Below are positions 1 through 15,292 of a stretch of 64,000 bases of DNA, one piece after another (positions within the stretch are counted from its first letter, which is position 1; every line of letters begins with the position of its first letter). The stretch comes from Eledone cirrhosa (taxonomy: Eukaryota): NCBI GenBank assembly GCA_964016885.1, contig OZ024741.1:372372001-372436000 (forward strand). Reading direction: 5' to 3'. The notes beneath the pieces are model-generated. The model searched no databases and was not told the DNA's origin. It saw only the letters and a list, made by a program, of their open reading frames with translations. Position numbers and translations under genes: made by a program.

Positions 1-63
<63 letters not shown>

Positions 64-150
64 GCAAGGAAAACAGAAATAATAAAGCAAACAACACAGC
101 ACAATGAAGAAATATATTATTAGTTTTACTCTTGAAAAAGTAGGAAAACA

Positions 151-190
151 GTCTTGACGTTTCGAGTGGCAGTCTTTCATCAGAAAATAG
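151..190 (-). ncRNA. Degenerate minimal type I hammerhead ribozyme motif
   Basis: Minus strand tttt-CTGATGA-aagactgccactc-GAAA-c-GTC-aaga. Core is intact, but stems I and II are weak. Confidence 0.4.
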
Positions 191-316
191 AAGGAGTAAT
201 TAAAGAAGAAATAGAAAGGTAGAGGAGAGTGGGCAGTAGCAGAAACGAGAAAGAGAGGGTGGGGGGAGAAATGGGTAAGTAATAGAGAGCACGGGGAGTG
301 AGCTAGCGGAGTGAGA

Positions 317-411
<95 letters not shown>

Positions 412-759
412 GAAAAAAAAAGATATTGTGATTTGTTCTTACAAGTAAATATATTTTCCCCTGTAAACAGAACCTGTTTTGGAACTCCCCCTCCCCCCTC
501 AACATATGCTTACAACGGCGTCTTCCCCCTTTTACTTAGTCTGACTTATCTCCTTACTAATTGCACATAACATTCTATACAGTAAAGTACATTTCTCTTA
601 TATACACTTTTCTTTCTTTATATACTTCCTAATTTTTCTTCTCACTCTCCTCACAATCTTTCTTCCATTTTACATTCTGTTAGAAGTTGGGTTTATTGAA
701 GGGTGGCAGAGAGGAGTGATCGTTCTATCTCTCTCTCTCTCTCTCTCACAAATATCTAT

Positions 760-1316
760 GTATGTATATATGTATGTATGCATGTATGTATGTGTATGTG
801 TGTGTGTGTGTGTGTGTGTGTATGTATTTGTAAATGTATGTATGTATATGTGTTTGTATGTATCTATGTATGTAGGTATGTGTGTGCGTGTGTGTGAGTG
901 TGTGTGTGTGTATTTGTAAATGTATGTATATTTGTATGTGAATGTATGTGTGGATGTATGTATGTATTTGTAAATGTATGTATGTATATGTTTATGTATG
1001 CGAGAATGTATATATGTATTTATGTATGTATGTATGTATGCGTGTATGTATGTATTTATGAATGTATGTATTTGTGTATGTATGTATGTATGTATGTATG
1101 TATGTATGTATGTATGTGTGAATGTATGTATGAATGTATGTGTACGTGAATGTGTGAATGTATGTATGAATGTATGTGTGCATGAATGTTTGTATGTATG
1201 TGTGAATGTATGTGTGTATGTATATATGAATGTATGTATGTATGTGTGAATGTATGTGTGTATGTATGTATGTATGTATGTATGTATGTATGTATGTATG
1301 TATGTATGTATGTATG
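760..1316. repeat. Degenerate (TATG)n/(TG)n microsatellite
   Basis: Direct inspection; explains the HTYI/MYVC ORFs. Confidence 0.95.
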
Positions 1317-1499
1317 TTTGATATAACCGCGGATGTCTGTTTACATACGTATATCTTTTTGTATACATTTTTAATTCTTTTAACTTTTTAAATCCTTTGT
1401 CTTTAAATCCTCCATCTCTCTTGTATATCCTCGGATGTACAAGTGTGTGCTTTTGCATATATATTTTAACTTTTTTTTAACGGTGTGTACACGTGTGCA

Positions 1500-4480
1500 C
1501 GGGGACAGGAAATACCTAGGTTGGCGTCCAGGCGCAGAGATAGCCCGCTGGGAGTGAGATTCCCCCCTTAGATGTTGTCACAGCACTTCTCTAGGAGAGG
1601 GAAACTCCGAATAAACACCTGCGGTGTTGAGGGTATCCGATGATGTTGACCAGTTCTTCTTTTCGGTACATGCCCTCCATGTTCAGAGAGTGGGATTAGT
1701 TCTGTGCAAAGCTTTTCCTCACTTTAAAAGATTTCAAGCACAGGCATCGCCTGATCGATTTAAACAAATAATTTGTTGCATTGTGGCTGGCCGTAGCCAA
1801 AAAAGCAAAAATATTCAATGATGAACCATGATAATGTACAAATTAATGGCAATGGGGGCTCTGAAATTTATGGTGTAAGGGTCTGGCCCGGCAGGTGTCC
1901 CATGGCACCGCAACATGGGCCCGATCGTCATCCTGTCACTGAGAAGAAGAAGAAGAAGAAGAAGAAGAAGAAGAAGAAGAAGAAGAAGAAGAAGAAGAAG
2001 AAGAAGAAGAAGAAGAAGAAGAAGAAGAAGAAGAAACCTATGAATATCGGTTGCTGGAACATCCGGACCTTATTAGATTTGGTGTCCTCAGAATTACGAC
2101 CAGAAAGAAAATCAGCTCTTGTTGCCAAAGAGCTGCGACGATACAATATGGATATTGTTGCCTTATCTGAAATAAGGCTACTCGAAGAAGGTCATATCAC
2201 TGAGATGTCCAGTGGCTACACGTTTTACTGGAGTGACAGAGCAGCAAGATGCAAAAGGGAGGCAGGTGTGGCTTTTGCAGTGGAAACGTCTTTGGTGTCG
2301 ACCCTTGACCAGTTTCCAAGTGGCATCAGTGATCATCTCATGTCAATGAGAATTCCTCTGATGTACAATCGCTACCTTACCATTGTGAGTGTATATGCCC
2401 GACGATGAACTTCAATGAAGAAGAGAAACTCTGGAGGAACTTGTCAAAAAGATTCCTTTAGCAGACAAAATTGTCGTACTTGGTGATTTCGACGCACGCG
2501 TTGGCAGGGATTATGAGACTTGGGGTGTGATTGGGATGCACCCTATGGATGCACCATGGATGCACGACTATGTTCTTGTGAAGAAACGTGACATGCAGGA
2601 TATCAAGGATGTGCCTGTTCTGTGTGGCGCAGAGTACTGGACAGACAATCGTCTGGTGCGCGCCAAGGCAAACTTCGTGATCAAACCTCAAACAAGAGCA
2701 GATGGTGTCAAAATTCCAAAGCGTTTGAATATAGATCGTATGAAAGATAAGGGTGTCAAGGAAGAGCTGCGTCGCATTGATTGTGCGAACAATTGAAATG
2801 ACTTCAGGAGCTCGGTCTATGAGGCTTCAGCAGAGGTCCTTGGCTTTGTCACAAGAAAACATAAGAACTGGTTTGATGAAAATGACCGGAAGGTCAAGGC
2901 TCTGCTTGACAGAAAACAGTTCTTAAAGGTGGTAGTTCTGTTGGTGACAATTATGAGCGTTACAGACAGGTAAAGAAGGCGGTGCAGGTGAAACTCAGGG
3001 CCATGCAAAATACCTGGTGGAGCAACAAAGCAGATGAAGTTCAAGCGGCATCTGGCGGCAACAATGTGAAACTGCTGCACTCTCTACTCAGAGAGGTGTA
3101 TGGTCCTTTCTGCTCACCAGTGTCACCGTTGAGATCAAAAGATGGCAAGCAGTTACTGCGCGATCCAAAAGACATACTCGACAAATGGAGAGATCACTTT
3201 GATGAGCTCTTGAACCAGCCATCCCAGGTTGATGATGATTTAATTTGCTCCATGAGATGGCTGATGTACTTTCTCTTGCAGAGGTGACTTCTGCTGTGCA
3301 TAAGCTGAACTGTGGTAAGTCTCCTGGTATGGATGGTCTGAGTGCAGAGGTTTTGAAGTGCGGTGGTGAAAACTTCACGCAGCGTCTGACTGAACTCATG
3401 AAAAAGGTGTGGGAAGATGAGAATTTCCCACAAGATTGGAAGGATGCGCTTATGGTGATTTTTCACAAAGGAAAGGATGGGAAGGACAAATTTGGCAATT
3501 ATCGTAGCATATCACTTCTTTCAGTAGTTGGTAAAGTCGTGTGTCGAATTCTGATGGATAGATTGATCTCAAGGGCTGCTCTGAATGTGTTGCCTTAATC
3601 GCAGTTTGGGTTCAGAAACGAAAGAGAAACAGTGAATATGATCTTTTCTGCTCGGCAGCTGCATGAAAAGTGTATCGAACAATGTATGGACCTTTACCAG
3701 GTCTTTGTTGACTTGACACAGTCCTTTGACACCGTCAATGGAAAAGCATTGTGGAAAATTTTGGAAAAGCTTGGTTGTTTCACTATTGGTGGTAGCATCT
3801 CTGAACCAATATCAGTTAAAAATGGAGTGAAGCAGGGGGACATTCCGGCTCCAACACTGTTTACCTTATATTTTACGAAAATGTTTCTCATGGCATTTAG
3901 GAAAAATTGTTCGCATGGAGTTTACATCAGGTATCGCACTTCGGAAAGGTTGTTCAACATCAGGCGTTTTGGTGCAAGCATATAGGTATTAACAACTATA
4001 ATCCGAGAGCTTTTGTATGCAGATGACTGTGATATTTTTACACACTCACAAAGTAACATGCAGCATATTATGAACACTTTTTCTGAAGCTTGCAGCGCTT
4101 TGGGCCTCACAATAAGCTTGGAAAAGACTGTTGTGATGTATCAGCCAGCGCTTGGAAATGAATACCTACACCAAGTGTGTACGTGGACGGAAGAGGCTAA
4201 AAGTTGCTGACAGGTTTGTGTAACTTGGTAGTACGTTGAGCAATTCATGCACACTTGATAAAGAAATATTCTTAAGAATCAAGAAAGACAGTGATGCTTT
4301 TGGACAGCTGCATGAACGTTTATGGTCCAGACGAGGTTTCACTATTGAAACCAAGGTGAAAGTGTATCTGACTTGTGTTATCTCCTCTTTGCTTTATGCT
4401 TGTGAAACCCGGGTCACATACAGAAAGCACCTCAAGCAACTGGAGAGGTTTGACCAACAATCTCTTCGTAAGTTAGTTGT
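1500..4480 (+). mobile_element. Decayed RTE-clade LINE (APE endonuclease + reverse transcriptase), frameshifted, 3'-truncated
   Basis: Fragments MNIGCWNIRTL, DIVALSE, GVAFAV, SVYA, GDF-ARVG, DYVLV, GKSPGMDG, NYRSISLLSVVGK, FVDLTQSFDTV, GVKQG, LYADD and LLYACET lie across ORFs 1818-4487. An (AAG)n run sits at 1942-2036. Confidence 0.9.
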
Positions 4481-4858
4481 ACCATAAAAAGGTTGGCAAC
4501 GTCACCAGCTATGCTAACGCCAATGGCTGCTCCCTCATTTTGGGTGTAGATCCCGTTGAATTTGAATATGTGGCCCTTTAGGGTAGTTTTAATATTAGCT
4601 CCTATTGCATGTGCGACCATTTTTCTTACCTGATCATTTTGGGGGGTCCGTATGGCTTTGGTCCACCCAATCCACCGTCCCATGGGAGTCTTTTTTGCCA
4701 TTGAGGTTATGGGGGGGGGGGGGCTCTACCTCTTATGGGTCGACTGGGGCAGAAACGGCTAAGGTCATGGCTGTCTAGGTAGTCAGTATCATAGGTAAGT
4801 CTAAGTAGGAGGCCCAGTTCGTCTGTGTTGACGTCGCAGAACTCCACCTCACTCTCAC
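4481..4858 (-). mobile_element. Inverted 5' segment of the adjacent Penelope-like element
   Basis: Minus ORF 4432-4701 encodes HIFKFNGIYTQNEGAAIGVSIAGDVANLFMV. 4481-4537 is the reverse complement of 4859-4915. Confidence 0.85.
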
Positions 4859-6585
4859 TGAGGGAGCAGCAATTGACGTCAGCATAGCTGGTGACGTTGC
4901 CAACCTTTTTATGGTATGGTGGGAAAGGAGACTCAAAGATATCCTTGATGAGAGCTGCATAGACCTCATCATGTACTCTCGTTACGTAGACGACATCAAT
5001 ATAGTAATAAGGACATCCCCACAAGAGAGTACTAACAAGTATGATTTAGAATGTAGCACAATGGAAAGCATCCAGCAGATAGCTAATTCCATACACCAGA
5101 GTATAACTGTAACTATCGACTACCCTTCCAAACACCCTATCAATAGACTACCTGTATTAGACACAGAACTCTGGATTAACACTATAGACGAGAGAGCCCA
5201 AATTCTCCACTCACACTACGCTAAACCCATGGCCTCCAAATACCTGATACTCAAAAACTCAGCAATGTCCAGTAGTGCTAAGTTTAATATTCTGATCGCA
5301 GACTTGGTACGAGTGATGAAAAACGTGTCCCGCATGTACGACCCAACAGAAATGGAAAGACACATCCAACACTTCATCAACTGCATGCAGTTCTCTGGCT
5401 ACAACAAAAGAGACAGAATCAGAGTATACGAAGGAGACACGGAGAAGTATGAGACACTCATAGAACTGGACATGAAAGGAATTTGCCCATTATACAGGAG
5501 CAAATCATGGAATAGCTTAGATAGGGCTAAACATAAGATAGGGAAGGCCACCTCATGGTACGACAACCAGAGATACCAGAGTGTGATGTTCGTGGACGCT
5601 AACCCTGGAGGGAAATTAGCTAACCAGTGTAGAAAGGCCCTGAGAAAGACCCACTTAAAGATTAAGGTGGTAGAAAAGCCAGGAACCACCATAAAATCCC
5701 TGATCAGCAAAACATACACTTTTAAGAAAACCCACTGTACTAATAGGAAATGTATTATATGTAAGGTGAACCCCGGATAAACTGTAAAACTAGAAACGTA
5801 GTCTATAGCATAAGATGTACAGAGGGTACTTGCAGAAACATGACAACAACATACATAGGCGAGACAGCTCGTAGCATAGGTGAAAGGATAGACCAACACT
5901 GGGGGAAACTAAAAGGACGAAAAAACGGTTCAGTACTATACGAACACGCCAGACAACAACACGATGTTAACATAGACAACATAGAAATTAAAATAATATC
6001 TAAACATAGAAATGACCCAGCAGATAGGCAAATCAGAGAGGCCAGCGAAATAGAACTTAGAAGGCCAAAGCTAAATAAAAAAAATGAATGGAATAACAAC
6101 AACACCCAAACAAACAATACTGACCTAAGAGAAAAATAAATAAATAAATAAATAAATAAATACACAAGCACAATAACAACAAACACATATAAACACACAC
6201 TAGTAAACTAATATAGAATACAATAACCAAAACACAGTCACCCAAACACGAACACACATCAAATACTATACACACACGCAAACGCATGCGCAGAGAAGAC
6301 AAAAATAAATAAATAAATAAATAAACAGATTAAATAAAGATGGCGTAGACATACAATACAACAGGAGGAAACATAATAGAACTTTGTTAGACTATATATA
6401 TGTGTTTGTGTCTATATTATATCTGTATTTTTGACCGTTGGTCAGTCAATGGTAAACATTGAGGACCGAATAAATTAAACTAACTGATATAAAAGACACA
6501 GAAGCGAAAACCACCAAACAGTGAGTGTGTTCTGTTATTTAATTCTGGCAATATTACTACAACAATATGACCCTCCCCAAGTATA
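4859..6585 (+). mobile_element. Penelope-like element (RT C-terminal half, Cys-rich linker, GIY-YIG endonuclease, 3' region)
   Basis: RYVDD, LPVLD, KPMAS, CTNRKCIIC; after a 1-bp frameshift near 5775, NCKTRNVVYSIRC...YIGET.RS..ERI.QH...EH..REA.EI....PKLN. 6378-6585 matches the fold-back element at 57926-58354 and ends in (TA)n. Confidence 0.9.
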
Positions 6586-6651
<66 letters not shown>

Positions 6652-6716
6652 CATATATATATATATATACATATATATGTATACATGCATATATGTACAC
6701 ACACATATATATACAT

Positions 6717-6781
<65 letters not shown>

Positions 6782-7349
6782 GCTCTCTCCCATACTCTCT
6801 CTTTGGAAGAAATAGAGTGTATTCAAATTTAGGAATGGATGGATTTCGCCGCGTTTACAATGGCCAAGACTCCGCTAGGAGTTACACACGTACATACACA
6901 AACACTTTATTACACAAGCACTAATTGTACAAAGAAAAACAAAACATCCATTTGGACCTCTGTGGTACTATCACACCATCCTCTACAGCATTTACTGAAT
7001 TATTTGAAGATAACTGGTATATTCCGTTTAGATTTTGGCTGCTAATGGTACCACTTCCGGTAAATTCCAACACAGAGTATGAAACGCGCTAATGTATATA
7101 ACAGAAACAAGAAAATGTATGTGTGTATGTGTGCGCGTGTGTATGTGTGTGTGTGTGTGTGTGTTTGTGTGCATGTCTGTGTGTATGATTCTGTGTGAAT
7201 GTATATATGTAGGTGTGTGCGTATTTGTGTCAATGTATATATGTATGTATGTGTGTATGCATGTACGTATGTACGTATGTGTGTGGCTCTATACATATAT
7301 ATACTTATATAAATAAATAAATATATATATATATATATATAGATTATAA

Positions 7350-7414
<65 letters not shown>

Positions 7415-7517
7415 CATGTGTGAGTATGTTTATATCTGTACGTATGTATGGATGGATGGCTGGGAGGCGGTAGTTATGTATGAATGTACGTATACATGTA
7501 TGTATAAGTCTATGCAT

Positions 7518-7600
<83 letters not shown>

Positions 7601-7922
7601 CGTGTGTGTATGTGTATATGTGTGTATGTATATATGTATATGTTTGTATGTGTATGTATATACGTATATACGTATTGTTATTTCCACTTCAGTTGATGTT
7701 TGATGACCACCAGCCTCTAAGAAGAGAAAAGAAAACCTTAAGGCTTTTAAAATGTTTTAGAAATGTCATTATACAAACAATATTCAAAAGACCTTGTATA
7801 TTCCAGGTGGAGCAACTACGAACATTGTCATCAACAACGATATCATCACTCAAAGGTATTTGACATTTGACATCTAATAAATATATAACCAAATATATAT
7901 ACAGCGTATGTGTGTACATTTG

Positions 7923-8011
<89 letters not shown>

Positions 8012-8126
8012 GTGTGTGTAATTTGGAAATCCAAACACATTTCAAATGGTTCGTAAATTCCTACGAACAATTCCCGGAAATGTTACCTCAAACTATAACT
8101 CTTTGCTTAAATATACAATGAAAACA

Positions 8127-8194
<68 letters not shown>

Positions 8195-8508
8195 ATAAAT
8201 GTCCTCTTGTCTGTTTTTCTTTTTTCTCCGCCTCTCTCCTTTACTCTCCCTCTCCTCCCCGTCGCCACATACACATATGTATGTATTTTGTCGACATACG
8301 TCTGTATACACACATCATTCGACCTCTCTGCCGGAGCCAGATTTTGTCTGAGATGCATGTTTAAATGATGCTAAATTCTCACTCCCGAACCTGCTACACG
8401 CCTGAAATAATGGTTTATTTAATGTTCTTATTCAAATAAATAACATATTTGCAATTTATTACCAACGCTCCACGACTGTTGTTGCTGCTGCTGTTGTTTT
8501 TATTGGTG

Positions 8509-8540
<32 letters not shown>

Positions 8541-8594
8541 GGTGGTGGTGGTGGTAGTGGTGGTGTTGTTGTCGTCGTTGAATGTACAGGCAGA

Positions 8595-8740
8595 TAATAG
8601 TTTCTGATTTAGGCACAAGGCTAGCAATTGAAAGGGAAAAGGAAAGTGGATTAAACCGACCCCAGTACGTTACTGGTACATTATCGACCACGTAAGGATG
8701 AAAGGCAAAAATTACCTCTACAGGATTTGAACTCGGAACA
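8595..8740 (-). mobile_element. tRNA-derived SINE with Nin/Deu-type core (partial)
   Basis: Reverse complement gttcaaatcc...ttttgcctttcatccttacg.ggtcgataa, with the same tail as the copy at 8782. Confidence 0.7.
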
Positions 8741-8781
8741 TATAATGAGATGTGTTCCAGCCATAACCATCTCATCTTTTA

Positions 8782-9000
8782 GGCGGTGGATTGGCAGTAT
8801 CGGTAGAACGTCGGACAACATGCTTTACAGAATAGAGTTACGGCCATTTACGTTCTGTGTTCAAATCCCGCTGGAGTTAGCTTTGCCTGTTATCCTTACG
8901 GGGTCGATAAAATAAAGTACCAGTCACGCACTGAGGTCGATTTAATCGACTTTCCCCTCCACCAAAATTGCTGGCCTTGTGCCTATAGTAGAAATCATTA
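8782..9000 (+). mobile_element. tRNA-derived SINE with Nin/Deu-type core
   Basis: A-box-like tggcagtatcgg, B box gttcaaatcc, core gcc...atccttacggggtcgataaaataaagtaccag, tail attgctggccttgtgc. Homologs at 38900, 39698 and 49121. Confidence 0.8.
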
Positions 9001-9717
9001 TGACATAGTTCTCCTAGCACCACATTATGTGAAGGCAACATGACCGACTGTTTAAGAAGTTCACTTTGGAATCATGCAGTGTGGCATTCTGGGCAAACAT
9101 CATTGGGTTGATCCAAGCCTTGTGTGTGAAACTGATCGACAAAAACTGGTTTGACTGAACCTATGATTCAAAGGACCAGTCTTGTCACACACCATCTCAT
9201 GCAAAATTTTCCTGATAATTACGTTAAGGGTTCACATATTTGTGGAATGCTCAACCACTTACACATTAGTTTTATGAGATGGCTGCTCTGTTAATTAAAC
9301 AACCGGTACACACATCGTCGAAATAGACAGTGGTTTAATCTCTGACCACATCATCCAATGTATTCTTCATCTTTTAAGATGATACAATAGATTTGAAGAT
9401 TTGGCTGTTACCTCTGGATGTCTCGGTTTATTAAAAGTTGATCTAAGCTACGGATCACAGGCCTAGAGCACCAGGATAGCACCAGTATAGAACAGAGCCT
9501 TGGGTCCAGTTTCTCTAATGGACTCAACTCCCTTCCCCAATTTCTTTAATCTCCACGCATACGTTTGTGCTTACTTCTCTACCTCTTGCCGCCGTCGCGT
9601 TTACTCCATCCGTTGTCACACACGAGCGCGTGTACTTTCACCCCTTAGGTTCCTATGTTCCTGTTATGGTCAGAAACATACTCTTACAGCTTATACAGAC
9701 CAACAAAATACGCATAC

Positions 9718-9836
<119 letters not shown>

Positions 9837-11606
9837 AGATGTCAGCAGCTTGTACTATCCTTATCCTAATGATACAAGCCCGGACAGTGTGAGAGAACGC
9901 ACTCTACAATACAGAACCACAGGCACAAGCTGCCACGTGGTCCCAGCGGAAAGATCGGAAAAAGCTTTACACTGGAAGATAGCGGGGTTGACGCGTTGAA
10001 ATAGCTTGTACTATCATTTAAACATCTAGCATTTGTTTCAGAAAACTATCCTCAAATTATCTTATATATAAAATGCTCTGTTTCGGTACCACGAATTGAA
10101 TTCTACATCTGCTTTTAGAAGATAAATATAAACATTTCCTCTTTACCGTTTCCATTAAACAAAGGCATATACTATTTATCTGGTGTGTTTAATTCCACTT
10201 ACCAATGTAAAGTTAATGAAAGGAGCTTCAATGTGGAGCTGTATTAGTGACCAGAGTAGAGACACCCAAACATCATTAAGTTCCTCTCTCTCCATCATAA
10301 GAGATAAGCAAATAGAGGTAAAATAAAGACGCTTGTATAATTACACCACTATCCTCCTCACACACACATAAATATATAAAGACATACAAATATACATGTA
10401 AACAAACACACACAAACACACACTCATACACACACACATAATGGCATATAAATGTACACATAGACATACACACATACACACACAAATACACACACACAAA
10501 CACACTCACACACAAACAGACACACACATAGAGGATAAAGGATACATATATTTATTTACTTTGGTGTGCGATAAATATAGTCAGGTGTTTGATCTCTAAC
10601 AGAACTCTCCAGAAACGGGTAAGCAGCCATCTTGACAAAAGAATAAATATTTATTCTAAGAACTTCATTAATAGAATCAATCGCTTAACCTTTTGGGATG
10701 AGTGGAATGTATCGGCTTTAAGAGGATTTTATTTACCAGCTCCAGGAAACTCTGATAAATACTCTAGTTTGGGAGATTAAAGTGCGTTTTTCCAGAAAAA
10801 AAAACGGGAAACATTTAAAGATTTACGATAACGTGAACTGGTACGGAAATATCGCATTTATTGAACCATTCCTCACACAGAAACACACATACACATACAC
10901 ACACAAACACAAACACATACACACGTATATATATAGATATATAGATAGATATAGATATTTATGGAATGTAGAGAAGTGACACACGAGTTGATATATATTA
11001 AAAAAAATATTAAAAAAGGAAAATAAAAACTGTAGAAAATGCTGAAGGGATTTTCTCTCAGAATAACATCAAAACATTTACAAAATAAGGATTTTCGCAT
11101 TTTATTGTACCGGTTTCAGCTTATATGCTTTTTCAACGACGGAAGTGTATAATGCAGTTACATTGCATATTAATAAGAATAATAAGAATATGGGGGAAGA
11201 AATGTTTGTTTTTCCATACATATTTAGGGAGAAAAGTTCACATTTTTGTCTGTAGTTTTCTTTCTTTCACTCTTGGTGTTGACCTTAGCTATACCAACAG
11301 TGGTGGTAGCAGTTTAAGCTGTTGCATTATATATATAAAAACCAAGGTTAACAATTTAAAGCCATTTTTTAAGTTTCTACGTTCGTTTCTATACTGGTGA
11401 TAATGGTTCATGCATATGTAAGCAATAAGTTAATCAGAAGCTGTTAATTAGCAATTATTTACACAAAACATAATACATATAACATCCGCGTATCATCGGA
11501 AATTATAAAATTGGGATAAATCTTAACCAAATACAAATTATAAGAATACACACAATATAAAATGTTGGGCATTGGCAAGCACATAACGAAGAACGCACTC
11601 ACCAAC

Positions 11607-11669
<63 letters not shown>

Positions 11670-11778
11670 GGTAAACAGAAATAACAACACAATCGGTACA
11701 ATATATGGAAGGCATATATTAGGAATATATATATATATATATATAGATATATATATATATATATGTATGTATGTATGC

Positions 11779-11822
<44 letters not shown>

Positions 11823-11836
11823 TTATGTATGTATGC

Positions 11837-11910
<74 letters not shown>

Positions 11911-12435
11911 GGGTGGAGAAGAGATAATACGTTCGTCACATTAGTATTGATAAACTTAAGAAAATTAACAAAGAGAGGACAAGAAAGCAAGGCAAAACAA
12001 AAAGCAATTTTTTAAAGGGAAACCTTAAAAACTTATTTTTTAAAAATAAAAATACAAACGAAGAACACAGAACTCCATGGTCATCGGCCATTGAGGTGGA
12101 CTTTGGCAGTTTCGACCCCTACCAACGGTACTGCTGGTCCAACCAGGGTCACAGCATCTGACACAAGCCAAACGCTGTCCAGTGGAATATATATATATAT
12201 ATATGCAATCTGTTGGTGAGTGGCCACAATGTCTCTCACCTGCGCTGACCAGGGCCATATTTAGAAGCATTCGACCCCTCTACACCCACTCCGATAAATC
12301 CGGCCCTGGCCCTGACAACCTTGACCAGACCGGAAAACACCTTGTTGATGAACACTTTATTTTATCACATTTTAAAAATACATTTCTGGTATTTTGATTC
12401 CCATCCCCCTCTCTCTCTCAATCTCTCTCTCGCTT

Positions 12436-12470
<35 letters not shown>

Positions 12471-12472
<2 letters not shown>

Positions 12473-12544
12473 TACTCTACTACCCTAAGTATTGAGTACT
12501 TTGGTGCGTTATGGTCCACCTGGTTCCTTACCACATTTCCTTCG

Positions 12545-12547
<3 letters not shown>
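12471..12547 (+). mobile_element. 3' tail of fold-back family A
   Basis: ctctactaccctaagtattgagtactttggtgcgttatggtccacctggttccttaccacatttccttcgtt+(AT)n, shared with 31365, 40851 and 54019. Confidence 0.85.
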
Positions 12548-12608
<61 letters not shown>

Positions 12609-13377
12609 GTTTGTGTGTGTGTGTGTGTTTACAAGTACGCCACTGTGTACGTGCATTGTAAATTGTTTTAAAGCGATAGAATATGAATGACCTAAACTAC
12701 GTCTAAAAAATAATGTAGAAAAGTATGTAAAATATATTAATTTACACTCATTAAAGATATTGAGTGATAAGAAATAAAGGAAAGACAATAGATAAGTAGA
12801 CTAGATGCATTAAGATAGGCGAAAACAAAATGGACGAAAACAAAAGGGAAAAAATTGATGAAAAATAAGGATGGAAGAAATAATAAGGGAGAGAAAGTAA
12901 GAAAAGAAAAGAAAGATGTGTTTTCGAAAAGGCCAAGGATGGGTAGGAGGAAATCAAGAACTTAAAAAGCCAGGCTAATGGAAAGTGGAAAAGAGGGCGA
13001 AAGAACAACAGATAGAAGAAGAAAGAAAAAAAACTCATATATGAAGAAAAGAGAGAAAAATGGAAGTAGATACGAAGCCATTTAATCAACACCTCGTATG
13101 AGAAAATTAAACTCTATTAAGAGTCATTTCTTTACAAAATATAAAATGGCAACATAAAACATGATTAACAAAAACGTTATTGGAAAGATATCTTTCCTTT
13201 CAAAACATAAAAGGTGTCGTCTGCTTAACAGGCTCTCTTTTCACTAACACATAATCTCTCTCCCCTCCTTCTTATCCCCCCCCCTCTCTTCCTCTCTAAA
13301 TATATCTGTCTATATGTATAATATATAACGGCTGAGCTCCGATATATTATAATATATAATATATAACGGCTGAGCTC

Positions 13378-13422
<45 letters not shown>

Positions 13423-13514
13423 TATATATATATATATATATATATAGATATATATATATATATATATATACGTACATACATACATACATCCATATGTATA
13501 GAGAGTGAGTGAGT

Positions 13515-13577
<63 letters not shown>

Positions 13578-13588
13578 ATATGCATACG

Positions 13589-13621
<33 letters not shown>

Positions 13622-13981
13622 TTGTCGACATATACACACACACACAAGCTCACGCACAGACATATGCACAAGCATACCTACATATATAAGTACATAAAAG
13701 CGTACAAGCAGCGCCCCCATACACATGCACAATGAATGCGCTTGTAAATGTGCGAGTTGGTGTATAATTTTCATTAACAACCTTTTCCTGCGTAAGTCGC
13801 CTTTGTTCATCGACGTAATATTAAAACACTGACGATGATGATAAAAGAAAACGATTGTGAACGGTGTTTAGCTGAATGTATACATACATAAATACACACA
13901 CACACACATATATGTATGTATACTGTATATATATATATATATATATATATGAAAACGGAGAAAAAGACGATTATTAGGAAG

Positions 13982-14062
<81 letters not shown>

Positions 14063-14421
14063 ACAAGTTGTCATTGATACTTTAGTTAATCATGATATGT
14101 TTGAGGTGTTTCATTCACGTGATTGCTATTGTGTCAGTGTGTGAGAGTGAGGTTTCGTTCCGATCTTTGTCTTTAATTGATTGATTGCTTGCTTTTCCTT
14201 TTCTTTACCTTTCTTTCAGTATACATGTTATTGTTGTTGTTGTTGTTGTTGTTTTTGTTGGGTTTTGTTGGGTTTTGTTGGGTTTTGGGGTTTTGTTGGG
14301 GTTTTGTTGGGGTTTATCTTTATTTTTAATGTTTTCTTCCAGTTCTCTTTTCTTTAATGGTGATAGAATAAAACCAGTTTGAGACCTAACATGAATCTAA
14401 ATACAAGATGACCAGTTATGG

Positions 14422-14484
<63 letters not shown>

Positions 14485-14785
14485 AATGTATCTGTGTGCG
14501 TGAATGAGATAAATGACCAACAAGGTTTTACAAAAGTATCCAATACTTGAACACGTGCACAGACGTCTAAAATTGAGTGCAGAACAGTCTCGTACACACC
14601 TCTCTCACACACACACATACACACACACACACACACACATACACACACACACACATACACACACACACACACACATACACACACACACACACACACATAC
14701 ACACACACACACATACACACACACACACATACACACACACACACATACACACACACACACATATATATATATAAATAAATGAAAA

Positions 14786-14834
<49 letters not shown>

Positions 14835-14892
14835 CATGCACACCTCTGCACACGCGCGCGTGCACATACATACATATACACACACAAATACA

Positions 14893-14931
<39 letters not shown>

Positions 14932-14934
14932 CCA

Positions 14935-14980
<46 letters not shown>

Positions 14981-15010
14981 TACATATATATATATATATG
15001 TATATATTTA

Positions 15011-15073
<63 letters not shown>

Positions 15074-15292
15074 GCGTTCACGCCTCTGCACGCGCACACA
15101 TTTATGTGTACATACAGACGCTCACATACACACACATACACATACACACACATACACATACTCACACGTACACATACACACACATACACATACTCACACG
15201 TACACATCATAATCAACATTCTATATAACTGGTCATCCTTCAAGATGTATTGGGTAGCAATTGTTTGTGTGCAAATGTGTGTGTTTATATGT

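Noticed and set aside
1942-2036. Poly-lysine run in the RTE ORF
   Set aside because: (AAG)n expansion in a dead element; no reason to infer function.
10589-10979. Short non-repetitive ORFs
   Set aside because: No recognisable motifs or coherent exon chain.
13327-13381. Duplicated acggctgagctc matching family A
   Set aside because: Only 12 nt of identity inside a local tandem duplication.
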